64,000 nucleotides of DNA from Lama glama (GCA_028534125.1 CM052816.1:50842001-50906000); one strand, 5' to 3'. Counted from the first letter of the stretch, positions 12,211 through 24,669 are shown. Numbers and translations: made by a program. The notes: generated from the letters alone by a model not told the origin.

Positions 12211-12409
12211 TCCGTTACCATGTACATAGTGTACCTGAAATAGGCTTGAGGTACTAGACCAAGTGTAACTTGACCTCAGTGGTAGTAGAGGTTAAAATGG
12301 GCAAGAAGTAAATGAAGTAAGTATGTCAGCATAAGTAATAATAAGAGAGCTATAGGTACTTCCCTGGACCAAAGAGTTCGTCCCTCTAATGAATCAGATT
12401 TGTCAGATT
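12211..12409 (-). repeat. Right arm of the 199-bp inverted repeat
   Basis: Exact reverse complement of 11512-11710. Confidence 0.97.
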
Positions 12410-12410
12410 G

Positions 12411-12449
12411 CTACTGGTTCTGTTTCTCTGGACAGCCCTAACTAATACA
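12411..12449 (+). mobile_element. MLT2 (ERVL) LTR 3' terminus, truncated
   Basis: 'ctactggttctgtttctctggacagccctaactaataca' matches the MLT2 LTR end (ctattggttctgtttctctggagaaccctaactaataca). Confidence 0.7.
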
Positions 12450-13179
12450 CTAGCCATGAAAAATATTTATTTCTTATACCTGTTAGTTGACTTAATTCAA
12501 AGACTGACTAGTGAACAGTCATGTTACTTGAACAATTTCATCATAATATCTATGCCCAGTCATCAGTCTGAAAATTCTGCACCCTTCTCCACTCTATCTT
12601 AAAATTATGGAAAGGGCTAAAGACTCTGAGATGGTATAGGACCATCTGAGTTTATCCTGGGACTGTCCACTTCCACTCAGCTTGTCCTCTTTGTCCCCAA
12701 ACTGCTTCACAGTCACACAAAAGAAAAGGAAATGAGATTTCATAGTTTCAAAAATGAGAAATCGCAGTGCACCCTATTAGGCATACATTGGCATTACGAA
12801 TCCAGTTTATTTCACTGTGATGATGTCTCTTATGTATCCTCTCTCTTTGGAGAAGGTTTCTGTTTGTACTTGGTCATTACCTCCTTCTGACAGTGGTGCT
12901 TGTTTTTCATTAACATAGCTTGTAATAATCATATGCCATCCACTGTCCTCACAGGCTTTTTGCTGTTTCTATTGTCCTTAAATCTCATCTAGATTAAGCA
13001 TTTAAGACAGAAATGGCCTGACTACAAAGTTCAATAAGGAAATAGCAGCAGAGGCATGATCTCCATCAGTGATAATGAAACAGCCACAATTTTATTCAGT
13101 TGCAGGACTACATTTCTCTAATGGTTCTTGTCAAACACAATAGATTAAACTGGAAGGGAAAGAAAAAAACGTCTAGGTT

Positions 13180-13198
13180 AGTCTGCCCTCTAGTGTAG
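13180..13198 (-). promoter_or_regulatory. CTCF-like motif (candidate)
   Basis: The minus strand reads ctaCACTAGAGGGCAGact, a close match to the CTCF core. Motif match only. Confidence 0.45.
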
Positions 13199-16100
13199 TT
13201 TACTGGTTCCTAAAATAAACTAGATGCAGGAATGTGTCCTGGGAGCTGATTTAGCAATTGTCAGGATGGCAAGTTGCCGTCATCACCAAGCACCAGATTG
13301 TCACAGCTCCCTCCTCTCTGGGAGCTGCAGACTCTGCTAGTATTAGGTCACATTTGTAACCTAGTTTTCAAAAGAAATGCATATGAGCCACTCCCTCCTG
13401 GACCTGCGCCTGCTTGAAATCAGCATTACGTGGATATCCTTGACCAGGGTTTTGGCCATTTGCCGCCGTTTCAGGAGAACAGGGATGCAAATAAGTAAAA
13501 AGACACATTATCTCTCAGTTCAGAAATGACAGCTTTAGGGTTGGCTTCTGAAATGGAGCTATTTGGTCCAAGCGCTGGTATTAATGGGAGCTGATCTCTG
13601 TGGGACAGTCCTGGCTGTCTACAAAATGCAGCACCCTGCCTTTGGCTGGCCCTCTGAATGTGAGCTTGCTGCAGTATGGAGCTCATGCTGGACTCCAGGG
13701 GCCAAGTAAGCAGCAGAGACATCTTTGTGCTCCTTGTTTTATATCTTCCCTCCAATTCTGCTTTTGAGTTGGGAACTAAAATGCCTTGGGTGATAGTTCT
13801 TGAAATCTGCAGTTTATACTCAACCACATAAACACTCCCTTGCTTTTTTAAAAGGAAGTCTAATTCTTGCAGTTTGTGTACTTGCAAAGGTCTGAAAGCT
13901 TTCCTGTGACACATCAATTTCTGAGCTATTTCAAACAAATACAATGTTAAATTATCTTTTTTAAAAAAAATTCAGGTACATATTTACCTGGAAAACTCAA
14001 ATTAGCTAGTTGATCAAAATCTGGCCTGTACTTCCTGGCTCTTTCCACATCCTCTTAGTCCATGTCCCAGAGATATTTATCTAAGTAGCAATTTTATTTC
14101 CAGGCACCCACCAGTGACTACCAATTTCAGGAAAATTTCAATTTTCAATTTCAGCAGGTCCTGACTTCCACAAATCAGCAGAAATAAAGCAAATACCTTT
14201 TATATGTAAATTATATATATGTATGCGTATATGTGTATATATATGTGTGTGTGTGTACACACAGAGACATTCTAAAGTCTGCAAAGCATAAAAATATTCT
14301 CCTATGTATATTTCTGTTGTAGCTGACAGTTCAGCTGAGCTCATGATAAATCAAGGACACATCAGCCCCAAATGACCCATCCCACACGATCTGGTATGTC
14401 ATTGAAATAAGGGCTTCCTTAAGCCATCAAATTGGCTTCCCTCATAACAGAAGTGAAAATACAACTTTGATCTATTTTCTAATTGTTTGTCTTTGACAGT
14501 AAGACACCTATAGGATCTTAGGCTATAACATGACTTTAGAGCTGACTGGAGAGGAATCCAAAAGGAGAGGCAAGATGAAGAACAAACAGAGCACGAGGAA
14601 TCAAGAGACCTGGATACTACTTGTGGTCCCGTCACCAGCTAGCCTGTCACTGGAGCAAGCCATTTCACCATTCTGGAGTGTCCTTTCCTTCTCTGTGATA
14701 GGTGGGAAAGACCCAGATGAAATCGGAGGTATCCGAGGTTTCGTCACCAAGCTGCCTGTTCTAATCACATCTGTGCCTTCACATCCACATCTGTGTTTCC
14801 ATGTGTTTTAGACTAAAATAAAACGGATCTAAGTTTACCAATCCAGGGACAGTGTTACCCAAATACCATGTTCTCACTGATGCTGGTTCTCAGTCTCATC
14901 CACGCCCATGGCATGTTTGTCATTTGCTGAACTGATTTTCCAGTTTGTTTTCTTTGCCCAAGTCTCTGCAAGACATTATGAGCTTAATCATTGTCATAAA
15001 GAGAAGATGAAAGATGGAAGACTCTCTGATTCGCGTTTTGCATATTTTTTCCTTAGCATTTCAAGAGCACATAAACCTCACTTTCTCCCTATCAGCATTT
15101 CCCCTTGCCCCTTTCGCTTGCTGACATGTGATTTTTGAGTCGTCTGTGGAAATCTGAAACCTGTTAGAGATCACAGATGCCAAGATCTGCACGACTGCCA
15201 TAGTTTTGGCAGAATCTGCTTTTTTAAGACAACAAAGGCAGTAAACAGAAATCTGCTTTGCTCTTACTCTATTTCCAAAAGGAAAAAAAAGTCTTTGTTG
15301 GATGCATGGTGTTTAATAAGATTTCTAGACCATCTTGGTTTAGATTGTTTTTGTTCTTGGTTTTTACTCAAAATAGCATCCTGGCTTTTCATCCTGAGAA
15401 CTGCAGGCTTACTCTTGTTACTTGCTTCCACTTAGAAGCAGGCTGAAGAGTCTCTTTAATGTCTGCAAGTTTCTTTAATAAAACTCATCATCTAAGTGCC
15501 AAGGTTTGGCAGCAGTCAAAATATGTTTCTGCCAATATGAACCCTAACCCTGGCCAGGTCTCTTAGTCTTTATGCCATTTAAGTCAGCTTCCAAAGAGAC
15601 CAAAATAAAAAAAATCTATAAAAGAGGTATATATAGCTTTATAAATAAGCATAGTAGATAAAAAGAAGGAGCTATGACATCTGATTTAAGGCTGGGGGAA
15701 GGGGAGGCACTTGAGACCTTCAAGATTCGGTATCATTTTAATGGTGAGGCATGGGAGAGACAAAAGTGGGGCAGGAATATCAAAAGCAAACAAGAGGAGG
15801 TAAGAAAGGGACAGACACACTAAAGACAATCCAGAAGTTCAGTTTTGCTACAATGTGTGCTGACATCTGAGAGGTGGAGATGGAAAGGTGCTCTGTAGTC
15901 AGATTGGAGAGGATGCTAGAGGTGACGTGGCCTGTACTTCCTCAATGAACAACAAAGGATGCCCTGAAGGGAGAAACAGGGATCACCCAGGATTCCTATC
16001 AGGCTTGGAACACCCTCCAGAATGGCACCAGGAAACCCAGCCAGATCCAAGAACCAGATGGGGGCCCTGAGGTATGAGATCCAGAGGTGGGGCCCCCGTG

Positions 16101-16317
16101 GCCCAGGACTAAGAGCAGCACTTCGAAGGACACTGTTAGGAATGAGCAACAGATTCTGAAGAGTGCACACCAAGTGGAAAGAGGTATTGAAGATGGCATC
16201 AAAGGTCTGGGCCTGAGGACTGAATCATCTATCATGTCATTCCTAGGATCTGCACTTCCCTTCTAAAAGGTATTTTAAGCCATTTTCACCTCTGAGAACT
16301 TTGAATAGCACGAAATA

Positions 16318-16470
16318 AATGTGACTGTGGCAAATTATTTAATCTACCTGTGTCTCAATTTTTATATCTGCAAAAGGGGAATAATAAGGTTTCACATGTT
16401 TGTTAGAAGCATCAAGATAATGTCTGTAAATCATCTAGAACAGTACCTGGCATAGTGAGAGTGAGAGCTA
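16318..16470 (+). mobile_element. MIR SINE
   Basis: 'tgtgactgtggcaaattatttaatctacctgtgtctcaatttttatatctgcaaaagggga...agaacagtacctggcatagt'. Confidence 0.8.
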
Positions 16471-16739
16471 TTAAGTGACTTAAATACATGATGTTTTCCT
16501 TTTTCAGAATCCTCCTTCAAGTATGAACAGCATAAACAAGAGGGGAGTTGAAGAATCTCATAGGTGACCAGAATATTAGAGCCCAACGGCAACCAAATTA
16601 CCCTGTCCTTCTAGAAGCGCCTTCTTCCTTCCCTTGGGAAGGGGGCCAAGGGAAATGGAATTTCACCTGCCTTGTATGTCAGTTTTTATGTAAATCTTTA
16701 TCACTTCTAATGAGTATTTTAGCTGACAGCCAAATTCAA

Positions 16740-17020
16740 ATGCATACTATCTCTTCTTTCCTAGGCTTTCTGTTGTTACAACTCACATCTCAAGACTTGG
16801 TGTGCTGTTTGTGCCTGTCTTGGAACACAGTGAGCTAAGACTTCTTTTTTTTCCCCTGCCAGAGCCTCAATCCCATTTTACACACTTCCGTGTCTGTCTG
16901 CCCTTGTTAGTGGCGGAGTTCTTTGTGATCTGGGGCTGTGTCATTTTTGTCTTTCTGTTCCTCAGCAGCGATCAGCACTGGGTTTACACAAAGCACGTCT
17001 TCGGCAGTTCTTTGCTGAGC
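16740..17020 (+). mobile_element. L2 3' fragment
   Basis: 'gctgtttgtgcctgtcttggaac...ggggctgtgtcatttttgtctttctgttcctcagc', a diverged L2 3' pattern. Confidence 0.5.
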
Positions 17021-17744
17021 AAAGCTGATAGGAAACGCACACACCTGACATGTGTGTACAAACACTTTCAAGTAGATGAACAACTAATTTTCTTGTAAAA
17101 ACCAGAAACGGTTTGCGTGAGAGTCTCTGGCGGGGCCCTTTGTGTGTGACAACATCTGAATCACCTGTTTTGTCTGAAGACTAAACTTTTAACCTCAGCC
17201 CCACATCACAGCCCAGTGTAACAATGTAAATGAAGCCATGTGGTCCAGCAGGCCTAGCAAATAGTAGTCCCCTTTTGTCTGTTGCTTTAAACTCCTGAAG
17301 TTTCACATGACTGCAGGCTGTTAGCATTATTTGGAATATGTTTCCCAAGCCTTGCCTTTCTTTGCCCTCTTTGGAAATAAGTCCCATCCAGCTGCAGTTC
17401 CTGCCACGTCACAGTATAGATGAAACACATGTAACTGTTTTCCATTAAACAGAGAAAAGTCTGAGTTCTGGCTCCTGAGCAAGCATCTGTAATAGAGAGA
17501 GTTAAAGCAGGAAAGGCTTTGGAAATCAGCTGGTCCAGTCCTTTGCTTTTCCTGATGAAGATCTATAAACAGTGGAGCCAGGCAGCTGACCCGCTGATTC
17601 ATATAGCTCCGTCAATCCCATTGCAGGGAATGCATAAAAGACTGAGGAAATGAATTTTTAGTTCAGATACTACATGTGGGGTTTTCATCTGGGAATGAAA
17701 GTGTTAATACAAGGCTTTGTGGATTTTTGTTGTTGATGTTGAAA

Positions 17745-18557
17745 TCCATCACCCTCCCCCTTATTTTTTCTTGGTTTCTGCAATCTCATTCTCTCCTGGT
17801 TTCCTGCCAACTGTTTGGCCTCTTTTTCTGAATTTGCATCCTTTCCCTCCTAGTGTCCTGTACATGTTGATCATCTCAGGAGTTTTTCATTATCCTTTTC
17901 TCTTCATGCTCCACCTCCCTCTCTCTTGGTGAGCTCAGCCACCCCCATGGCTTCAATGACCCCTGTACTTTGATGTTTTACAAAAGTCTATTTCCAACTC
18001 AACACTATCCTCCTGAGCCACAGCCTTTTCTGTGTTGAAGAACATCTCCACTTGAGTATCTTCCAAAAATGTCACATTGAGGATACAAGGAAAAGATCTT
18101 TAACATGGCATTGAGGATGCTCAGAATTTGACCCTGGCCATTCTCTGGGCTCATGTTTCACTTCCCTTCCGCTCACCTCTACCCAACCATTCATAATAAA
18201 CCAACTTGCAGATCTTTGAACACATTCATTTCAACTTGAACTCATTCCTTTGTGCCTTCTGCCTGGAAGTCTTCTGCATTTGGTTAACCCCCACTGAACT
18301 TTCCAAGCTCCACAAAGGTCATTTCTTCCCAGATGTCTCCCTGCATTGATGCCTCTTACGTCTCAGGTGTTGTCCTGAACCAACTCTGCTACATCACTTA
18401 TCCCAGTTCTGTATTTATTAGGTAGTGAACTTCTTGACATTAGAAACAATATAATGAGCTTTGTTTCTGTAGAGCCAATTGAGCTTAGATCCCTACCTGG
18501 CACATGGCAGATTTTCAATTGATGGCTGTCAAGTTATTAAGAGAATGGAAGATGAAT
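17745..18557 (+). mobile_element. L2 LINE, 3' portion
   Basis: 'ctctcctggtttcct...ctctcttggtgagctcagccacccccatggcttcaatgacc...acatctccacttgagtatc...acctggcacatggcag...gaatggaagatgaat'. Confidence 0.8.
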
Positions 18558-18594
18558 CTATAAGAAACCCAGACCCTTTTAAGTCAGTTTATTA

Positions 18595-19020
18595 TTATTT
18601 TTTACAACATTTTATTTTGGTAGAGTTTAAAGCTTACACAAAAGTTGTAATATACTATTACAAAGAACTCCCAAATATTTCTTATCCAGATTCACAAATT
18701 ATACATATTGCTTTATGATTTTCTCCTTCTGTATCCATACTATTTCTAAACCATTTGGGAGTAGGCTGAAAATATCATGTCCCTTTACCTCTAAATACTT
18801 TAGTGTATGCTTTCTAAAAGCAAAGGCATTCTCTTATATGACCACCGTGAAGTTATGAAAATCAGGAAATTTAATATTCATATAACACTGTTACGTAAGT
18901 CATAATTCATATTCAAATTGCACCTATAATGTCACTTGTTTTTAGCTATTGTATAGCTACTATTTTGCCAATAATGTCTTTTATAGCTATATTTTTTCCT
19001 GATCCAACCCAAGAACAAAA
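18595..19020 (-). mobile_element. L1MC/L1ME-type 3' end
   Basis: 'cttacacaaaagttg...agaactccc...cccctttacctctaaatactttagtgtatgctttctaaaagcaaaggcattctcttatatgaccac'. Confidence 0.8.
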
Positions 19021-20329
19021 CATTTTACTGTTTTTTTCATATTTACTGTTACTGATTTTTTCATATTATCTTTCTATTAATAATTACTTAATTTCACTGT
19101 AGTTAGAGAATGTACTCTGTACAATTTAATCCTTTTAAATTTGTTGAGATTTGGATTATGAAATATTCCATGTGTACTGGGAAAGAATGTGTGTGTGTTT
19201 TTTTTTAGGGTGGGGTATTCCATAATCATTAGGTCAAACTGGTTGTCTTGTTCAAGTTTTCCCTTGCCTTATTTAATTTTTCTTTTTGTCCTATCAAATT
19301 ACTAGGAAAAGAAAGTTGAAATTTCCAACTATAAATGGGATTTGTCTATTTCTGTTTTCAGTAGTTTCAGGTTTTAGTTCATGAAATTTGATGTTCTTTC
19401 ATTAGGTATATGTACATTTAGGACTGTTATTTCTTCTTGATGTATTGACTTGTCTTTATTGTAAAATGTTCCTATTTATCATTGGTAATATTTCCTGTTC
19501 TGAACTGTTTTATCTAATATAGCCATTCTGAGCTTTTGTTTTTAATTTTTTTAAAATAATGTTTGCCTGACAAGTCTTTTTCCATCTTTTACTTTTAAAC
19601 TATCTGTCTTTCTATATAAAGTAGAATTATTTTAGATAGCATATCATTGAATCTTATTTTTTTATCCAAAATGACATTCTCTTCCCTTTAATAGGGGATG
19701 ATGGGTCATTTTCATTTAATATAACTATCAATATGGTTAAGTTTTAATCTATCATCTTTGTTTTTGATATTTATTTATCCCATAACTTGTCTGGTTCCTT
19801 TTTTCCACTTATTTCTGTCTTCCTTTGTATTGAATATTTTTATGGTATTACTGACTTCTTTTGTTGACTGTTTCAGTTGTAACTTTTTGTTGTATTGTTT
19901 TAGTAGTTGCTCTAAGCTTTACAGTATACATTTTTAACATATAACAGTCTACCTTTCAATAATGTTTTATCAATTTATGTATACTGTGAGAAACAACAGT
20001 ATACCTCCATTTCCCCCTCTTTTTGTTTATTCTAGTGTTGGCCTATATTTAAATTCTCCGTATGTTATAAACCCTGCAAAACATTGTTCTTATTTTTGCT
20101 TTATATAGTCAATTACCTTTTAACCAGATTTAAAAATGAAAAGCAACTATTTTTTAAACATATATACATAGTTACTATTTCTGCTATACTTTTCTCCTTG
20201 TTAAGATTCACATTTCCCTATGGAATAATTTTCTTTCTATCTGAAAAGACTTCCCATAACATTTCTTAATGCTGCTGGCTGTGAATTTTCTCAGGTTTGG
20301 TTGGTCTGAAAAGTCTTTTTTCTTCATTT

Positions 20330-21160
20330 TTGTTTTGTTTTTAATTGGAGTATAATTGACCTACAATATTATAATAGTTTAAGGAGTACAACATAATGAT
20401 TAAATATTTGTATTTATTGCAAAATGATCACCACAATAAGTCTAGTTAATATCCATAGTTACAGAATTTTTCCTTTTTCTTGTGATGAGAACTTTTAAGA
20501 TTTACTCTAAGTATTTACTCTAAGTATTATTAACCATGTTGTATCTTAAATTCCCATGACAAATTTATTTTGTAATTGGAAGTTTGTACCTTTGACCCTC
20601 TTCCCCCATTTTGCCCACTCCTCACCAATGCCTTTGACAACCATCAATCTATTAATCTATTCTGTATTTATGAGTTTTTTTTTTCAGATTCTACATATAA
20701 GTGAGATCATATGGTATTTGTTTTTTAATTTGTCTTTCTCTGACTTATTTCATTTCTCATAATGCCCTTGAGGTCCATCCATGTTGTCACAAAGAATAAG
20801 ATTTCATTATTTTCTATGGCTGAATTATGTATATACATATACATATACATGCATATATATCACTTTTTCTTTTTTAGAGTTTATTTTTATTGAGGTAGTG
20901 ATGGTTTACAACATTATATAAGTTTCATGTACAATGTTATATGTCTACTTCCATATACACTACAGTGTGCTCACCACCAAAGATTTAGTTTCCATTCATC
21001 ACTATACAGTTGACTCACTTTACCCACTTCTCCCACCCTCTGTCACCCCTTCCCCTCAGCACTACTCTGTTCTCTGTATCTACATGTGGTACCACATTTT
21101 CTTTATCCATTCATCCATTGATGGCTACTTAGGTTGTTTCCTTATCTTGGCTATTATAAT
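20330..21160 (-). mobile_element. L1MA9/10-like 3' end nested in the older L1
   Basis: 'ttaattggagtataattgacctacaat...atgatcaccacaataagtctag...ttctacatataagtgagatcat...'. TSD tcttcattt at 20321-20329 and 21164-21172. Confidence 0.8.
20873..21089 (-). mobile_element. Younger L1 3' end nested in the L1MA-like element
   Basis: 'tttttattgaggtagtgatggtttacaacattatataagtttcatgtaca...cactacagtgtgctcaccaccaaa'. Flanked by tatcactttttcttt (20858-20872) and taccacattttcttt (21090-21104). Confidence 0.75.
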
Positions 21161-21979
21161 TTGTCTTCATTTCTGAAAGCTATTTTTAGTGGGTATAGAA
21201 TTCTAGGTTGAAATATTTTACTGTAGCACTTTATAAATGCTGTTCCATTGTTTTCTCACATGTACATTTTCTGACAAGAAACTCTAATTCTTCTATATAA
21301 TTCAGCATTGGACTTATCAGACTTGATCATCAAGCGGTAAGGTCACAGAGAAGAATAGCTCAGAAAGGGTGATGACTTCCTTTCTGAAATAACTCTGTTA
21401 GTAAATACAGGAGTGATCAGAAGTTGGTTGAAACAGCTGGGGGCAGTGGAGTGGTTGAGATATACAGTGACTTTTTTCAGCTTCAGCTTCAAGTCTTAAA
21501 AATTCTCTTCCCAATGACTGGTTTTCTCATCTAGTAACTGAGCATAACCAGAAGTGTATAGTGTAAGACTTAACCATAAGTGATATCAAGAACAACAGCA
21601 TACGTTGCTGCTTCTAATGGACGCTGGAGAATTACCAAAGAAAGAAGAAAGGCTAAAAATGTGGCTGCATAAAAGTAAAGCTAATTATATCAATTTATAA
21701 GGATTGTTTATGTACAATAATCTCTACATATACCTACGCATCAGATTATTATTTTTGAAAATTCAGTTGTTTGCAATCATCAACTCTTTTCATGACTGCT
21801 TAGCCTTGTATTGCTTATGTTCTATTTTTTATATTTAATACCAATTAAAACAATATGGGAAAAAAATGTCCCTGCCTTCATAAAAACAGTTTGGTGAACA
21901 TAATGACCCCTCTTTGGTAAGAAACATTTTTGCAAGTATCCGTTCCCACGAAAGTAGTTCGAATACAGATGGTTTAAGG

Positions 21980-22163
21980 CAATGGTCCTCAAACTTCAAT
22001 GTACTTAACAATTACCTTGAGAATTTGTTTGAAATGCTGGTTTCCTGCCCCTGAACATTTCTGATTTAGTAAGAGAGAGTGAACCCCAAGAGCTAGTGTC
22101 AACAAGCACCCTTCTGGGGAGTTTCATATGAGTCATCTGAAGAACACACTTTGACGAACACTG
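21980..22163. mobile_element. MER5-like hAT-Charlie MITE
   Basis: Termini caatggtcctcaaact ... actttgacgaacactg, about 185 bp, with internal 'ttctgatttagta' and 'aacaagcacc'. Confidence 0.75.
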
Positions 22164-22384
22164 TTGGACTTGAACTGACCAAAGGATTAATGCAGAGATT
22201 CAAGAAATAAGCTCTTTTTTTTTCCAGTCACTTCTTGATTCTAAAAGGGAGTTGAAAATAGGATTTGAGGAAAATATTTAAGTAAAGCTTGGTTTTGTGC
22301 TTTCTTTTCTTACTTAGAGTAGTGTTTCAGATGATTGGTTATCCTTGTGATTGGATGAATATTATACTCTTCATATACGTTATC

Positions 22385-22530
22385 TTTGAGGCAGGTATTG
22401 TCTCATTTTGGAAAAATACAACTGAGAGATGTGAAGTATCTCGTCCAATGTTACGTAGCTAATAAAGGTGAGAGCTGGAATTTTACCCCAGGGCTATGTG
22501 ATCCAAAGCCTATGTCCTTTCTGCAATCTC
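22385..22530 (-). mobile_element. MIR SINE fragment
   Basis: 'aactgagagatgtgaagtatctcgtccaatgttacgtagctaataaaggtgagagctggaattttaccccaggg'. Confidence 0.7.
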
Positions 22531-23244
22531 TGCCTACCCCTCCTCTGTGCTGCTTCCAGAGACTGCAATCAGTTAGTCTCAGGAGTAACTCACATATCTA
22601 GAAAGTCCCTCATTCTTGTCTTGGAAAATGTGTGTTGTTAAATAAAATCAAGAAAAACAAGGCTGTCTTTTTTTAGAGAATTTGGGAAAGGAAAAATACT
22701 TTATAGAACTGACCAGAACATGCTGCTTAATACTTCTTTTCTCCCAGTACTCCATGTTGACATTTACTGTGCAACCTATCTTTCTTTCCCACTGGAGAAT
22801 GGGTTTCTCTACTTTGAGGTACCTTTCTTACTTATCTCTGTAACTAGCCATCACTGCCAAATCACACTGACAAGTTGCCTTGTGGTGGATGCCAATAGCT
22901 TACAAGAAATGTCTCTACAAATGCCACAGTTTATATTTACTAAGATGTATAGTTGAAGACATTGTTCACTATTCTTTAGTATTCTCTATATGACACTCCA
23001 TAAAATTGATATTTTTTTTTCAAATTGAAACATCAGGAAATTTTTTGCTTTGTGTCAGAAATTAGTATGCTCTCTTCTTATGGACAGTATAAATCATGTA
23101 ATTTTAAAAATTTATTTGTAGTATTACTTTGGTTTCTAGGAATTCAAGAGCCAAATTTGTGGCTCAGTTGAGTGTTTCTGTTCTAAATTACCATTGATTT
23201 GGGCCTTATGATCTAATTTATATTTTCCCGTTTTTATTTTTTAT

Positions 23245-23310
23245 TTAAATTTTTGCATTCTTGTAGGTTGTCTCAAATACTTTGTGGAACAAAGTACATT
23301 ATAAATAAAA
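23245..23310 (+). mobile_element. L4 (RTE-X) 3' end fragment
   Basis: 'ttgtaggttgtctcaaatactttgtggaacaaagtacattataaataaaa' resembles the L4 3' terminus. Confidence 0.45.
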
Positions 23311-23329
23311 CCCCCATGCCTATGTGTAT

Positions 23330-23700
23330 TACTGAAGATCACACTAGCTTCTGCTACAGATAACCCACAAATCTTAACACAGCAGAGTTATATTTCTCAC
23401 TCGCATTAATTTCCTTAGCTAGTGGCTTTCCACATGGTTATTCAGGGTCCCAGTCTCTTTTTGCCTCAGGGACCCTCCCTCCTCTAGGATCGTGGAAACC
23501 TTCAGATTCAACCGGTTTATGGAGATGAGACTGGTGGAAGGTACCTCCATTTCTATTCATGTTTCATTGTCAAGAACTAGAAACTAGTTTCCTCCTGTAC
23601 CTGTTGTGTTGGAAATCCTGAATGGGCAGTAGCCTTCCAGCACCCAACTCTATTCAATGGAGACAGAACACAAATTTACGTTGATCACCTAACTAGCTCT
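23330..23700 (-). mobile_element. Old MaLR LTR (MLT1K/L-like)
   Basis: 'ctagcttctgctacagataacccacaaatcttaacacagcagagttatatttctcactcgc...ttcagggtcccag...ttctattcatgtttcattgtcaagaactag'. Confidence 0.65.
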
Positions 23701-24669
23701 TACAACTTAGAAGATGTTCCAAAATATTTGCTGGATGATTTGAAGAGATACTTACAGAGCTAGAAACCCTTATTTGGCCAAAGAGCCATTCTGTGTATAT
23801 CTGACCAAGGACCCTGCATTATTTACATGTAATCAATCTCTATATAGTGCTTACATGGTAGTGCCTATGAATTATATTTCTTACATAAAACATAGTAAAG
23901 TCAATTCTCTCGTGTGACCTCAAACTGCCCATCGAAGTTTCTTGGTCATGGTCCTGTAAGCCAACAGAAGGTGTTTGTTAATGACTGGCCTCCAGCTGCT
24001 TAATGGAGAACTATGGCCAGTAGGCTGAGCAGATGGCTGGGTTGGGGGGCAGGTTGGGCTACATGGACCATGAACACAGTCAGCAGTGTGGTGGCAGGAG
24101 CTCTACAAAAGGCATCCTGATTCCTTCTAACCCTGTAAAATGCGTGGTGGGGTAGAGGGCCTGAGGTTTATCAGCAAAGTTAGGCCAAAAAACATCAAAT
24201 TATGACAGGAGAAGGACTAAGAGTCCTTGAGTTTTAATCTCCAGAGCTGCAGCAACTTAATAGCAGTTATTCTCCAAAATGCCAGACCTTTGTATTTCAG
24301 GTCAGATTCTGAATATATACACTGATACAGGCTTATTTAACTTTGTCATCAGGATCCACAACAGTTCCTAACACTTCCCCGAACACAGTCCTCCTCTCAC
24401 ATTAGGTCCTAGTACTTCTTAAAAATTATATTGGTTTAAAGGAAAAGACTCTCAAAAATAGCCCATCCTACTTTGGTTCCTTCTTCAATATTCCTTAAGA
24501 AACCTAGATACCATATCTCATCTAGGGTAACTGCCACAAATGCTGCTTTCAGATCCCTGCTCCTGTCCAAGGAGAAATACACTGGCATTTCTTTGAGTGT
24601 TTTCTCCAGCTACAGCTGGTATAATTCATTATGATTTTCCCTGCACTGGATATGGTTTCCTAGTTCATA

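Larger units (their letters stand above)
19080..21290 (-). mobile_element. Old L1 body fragment (host of two nested L1s)
   Basis: T-rich antisense L1 body ('tttaaatttgttgagat...ttccatgtgtactgggaaagaatgtg...'). Interrupted at 20330 and resumes at 21164 after the duplicated tcttcattt. Confidence 0.75.

Noticed and set aside
11664..12257. Mirror-image 187-aa ORFs on both strands
   Set aside because: Artefact of translating the 500-N gap between the inverted arms.
13471..13944. Longest gap-free ORF (157 aa, minus strand)
   Set aside because: Non-ATG start, no recognisable domain or homologue, and a length compatible with chance in 64 kb. A tBLASTn or PhyloCSF signal would be needed.
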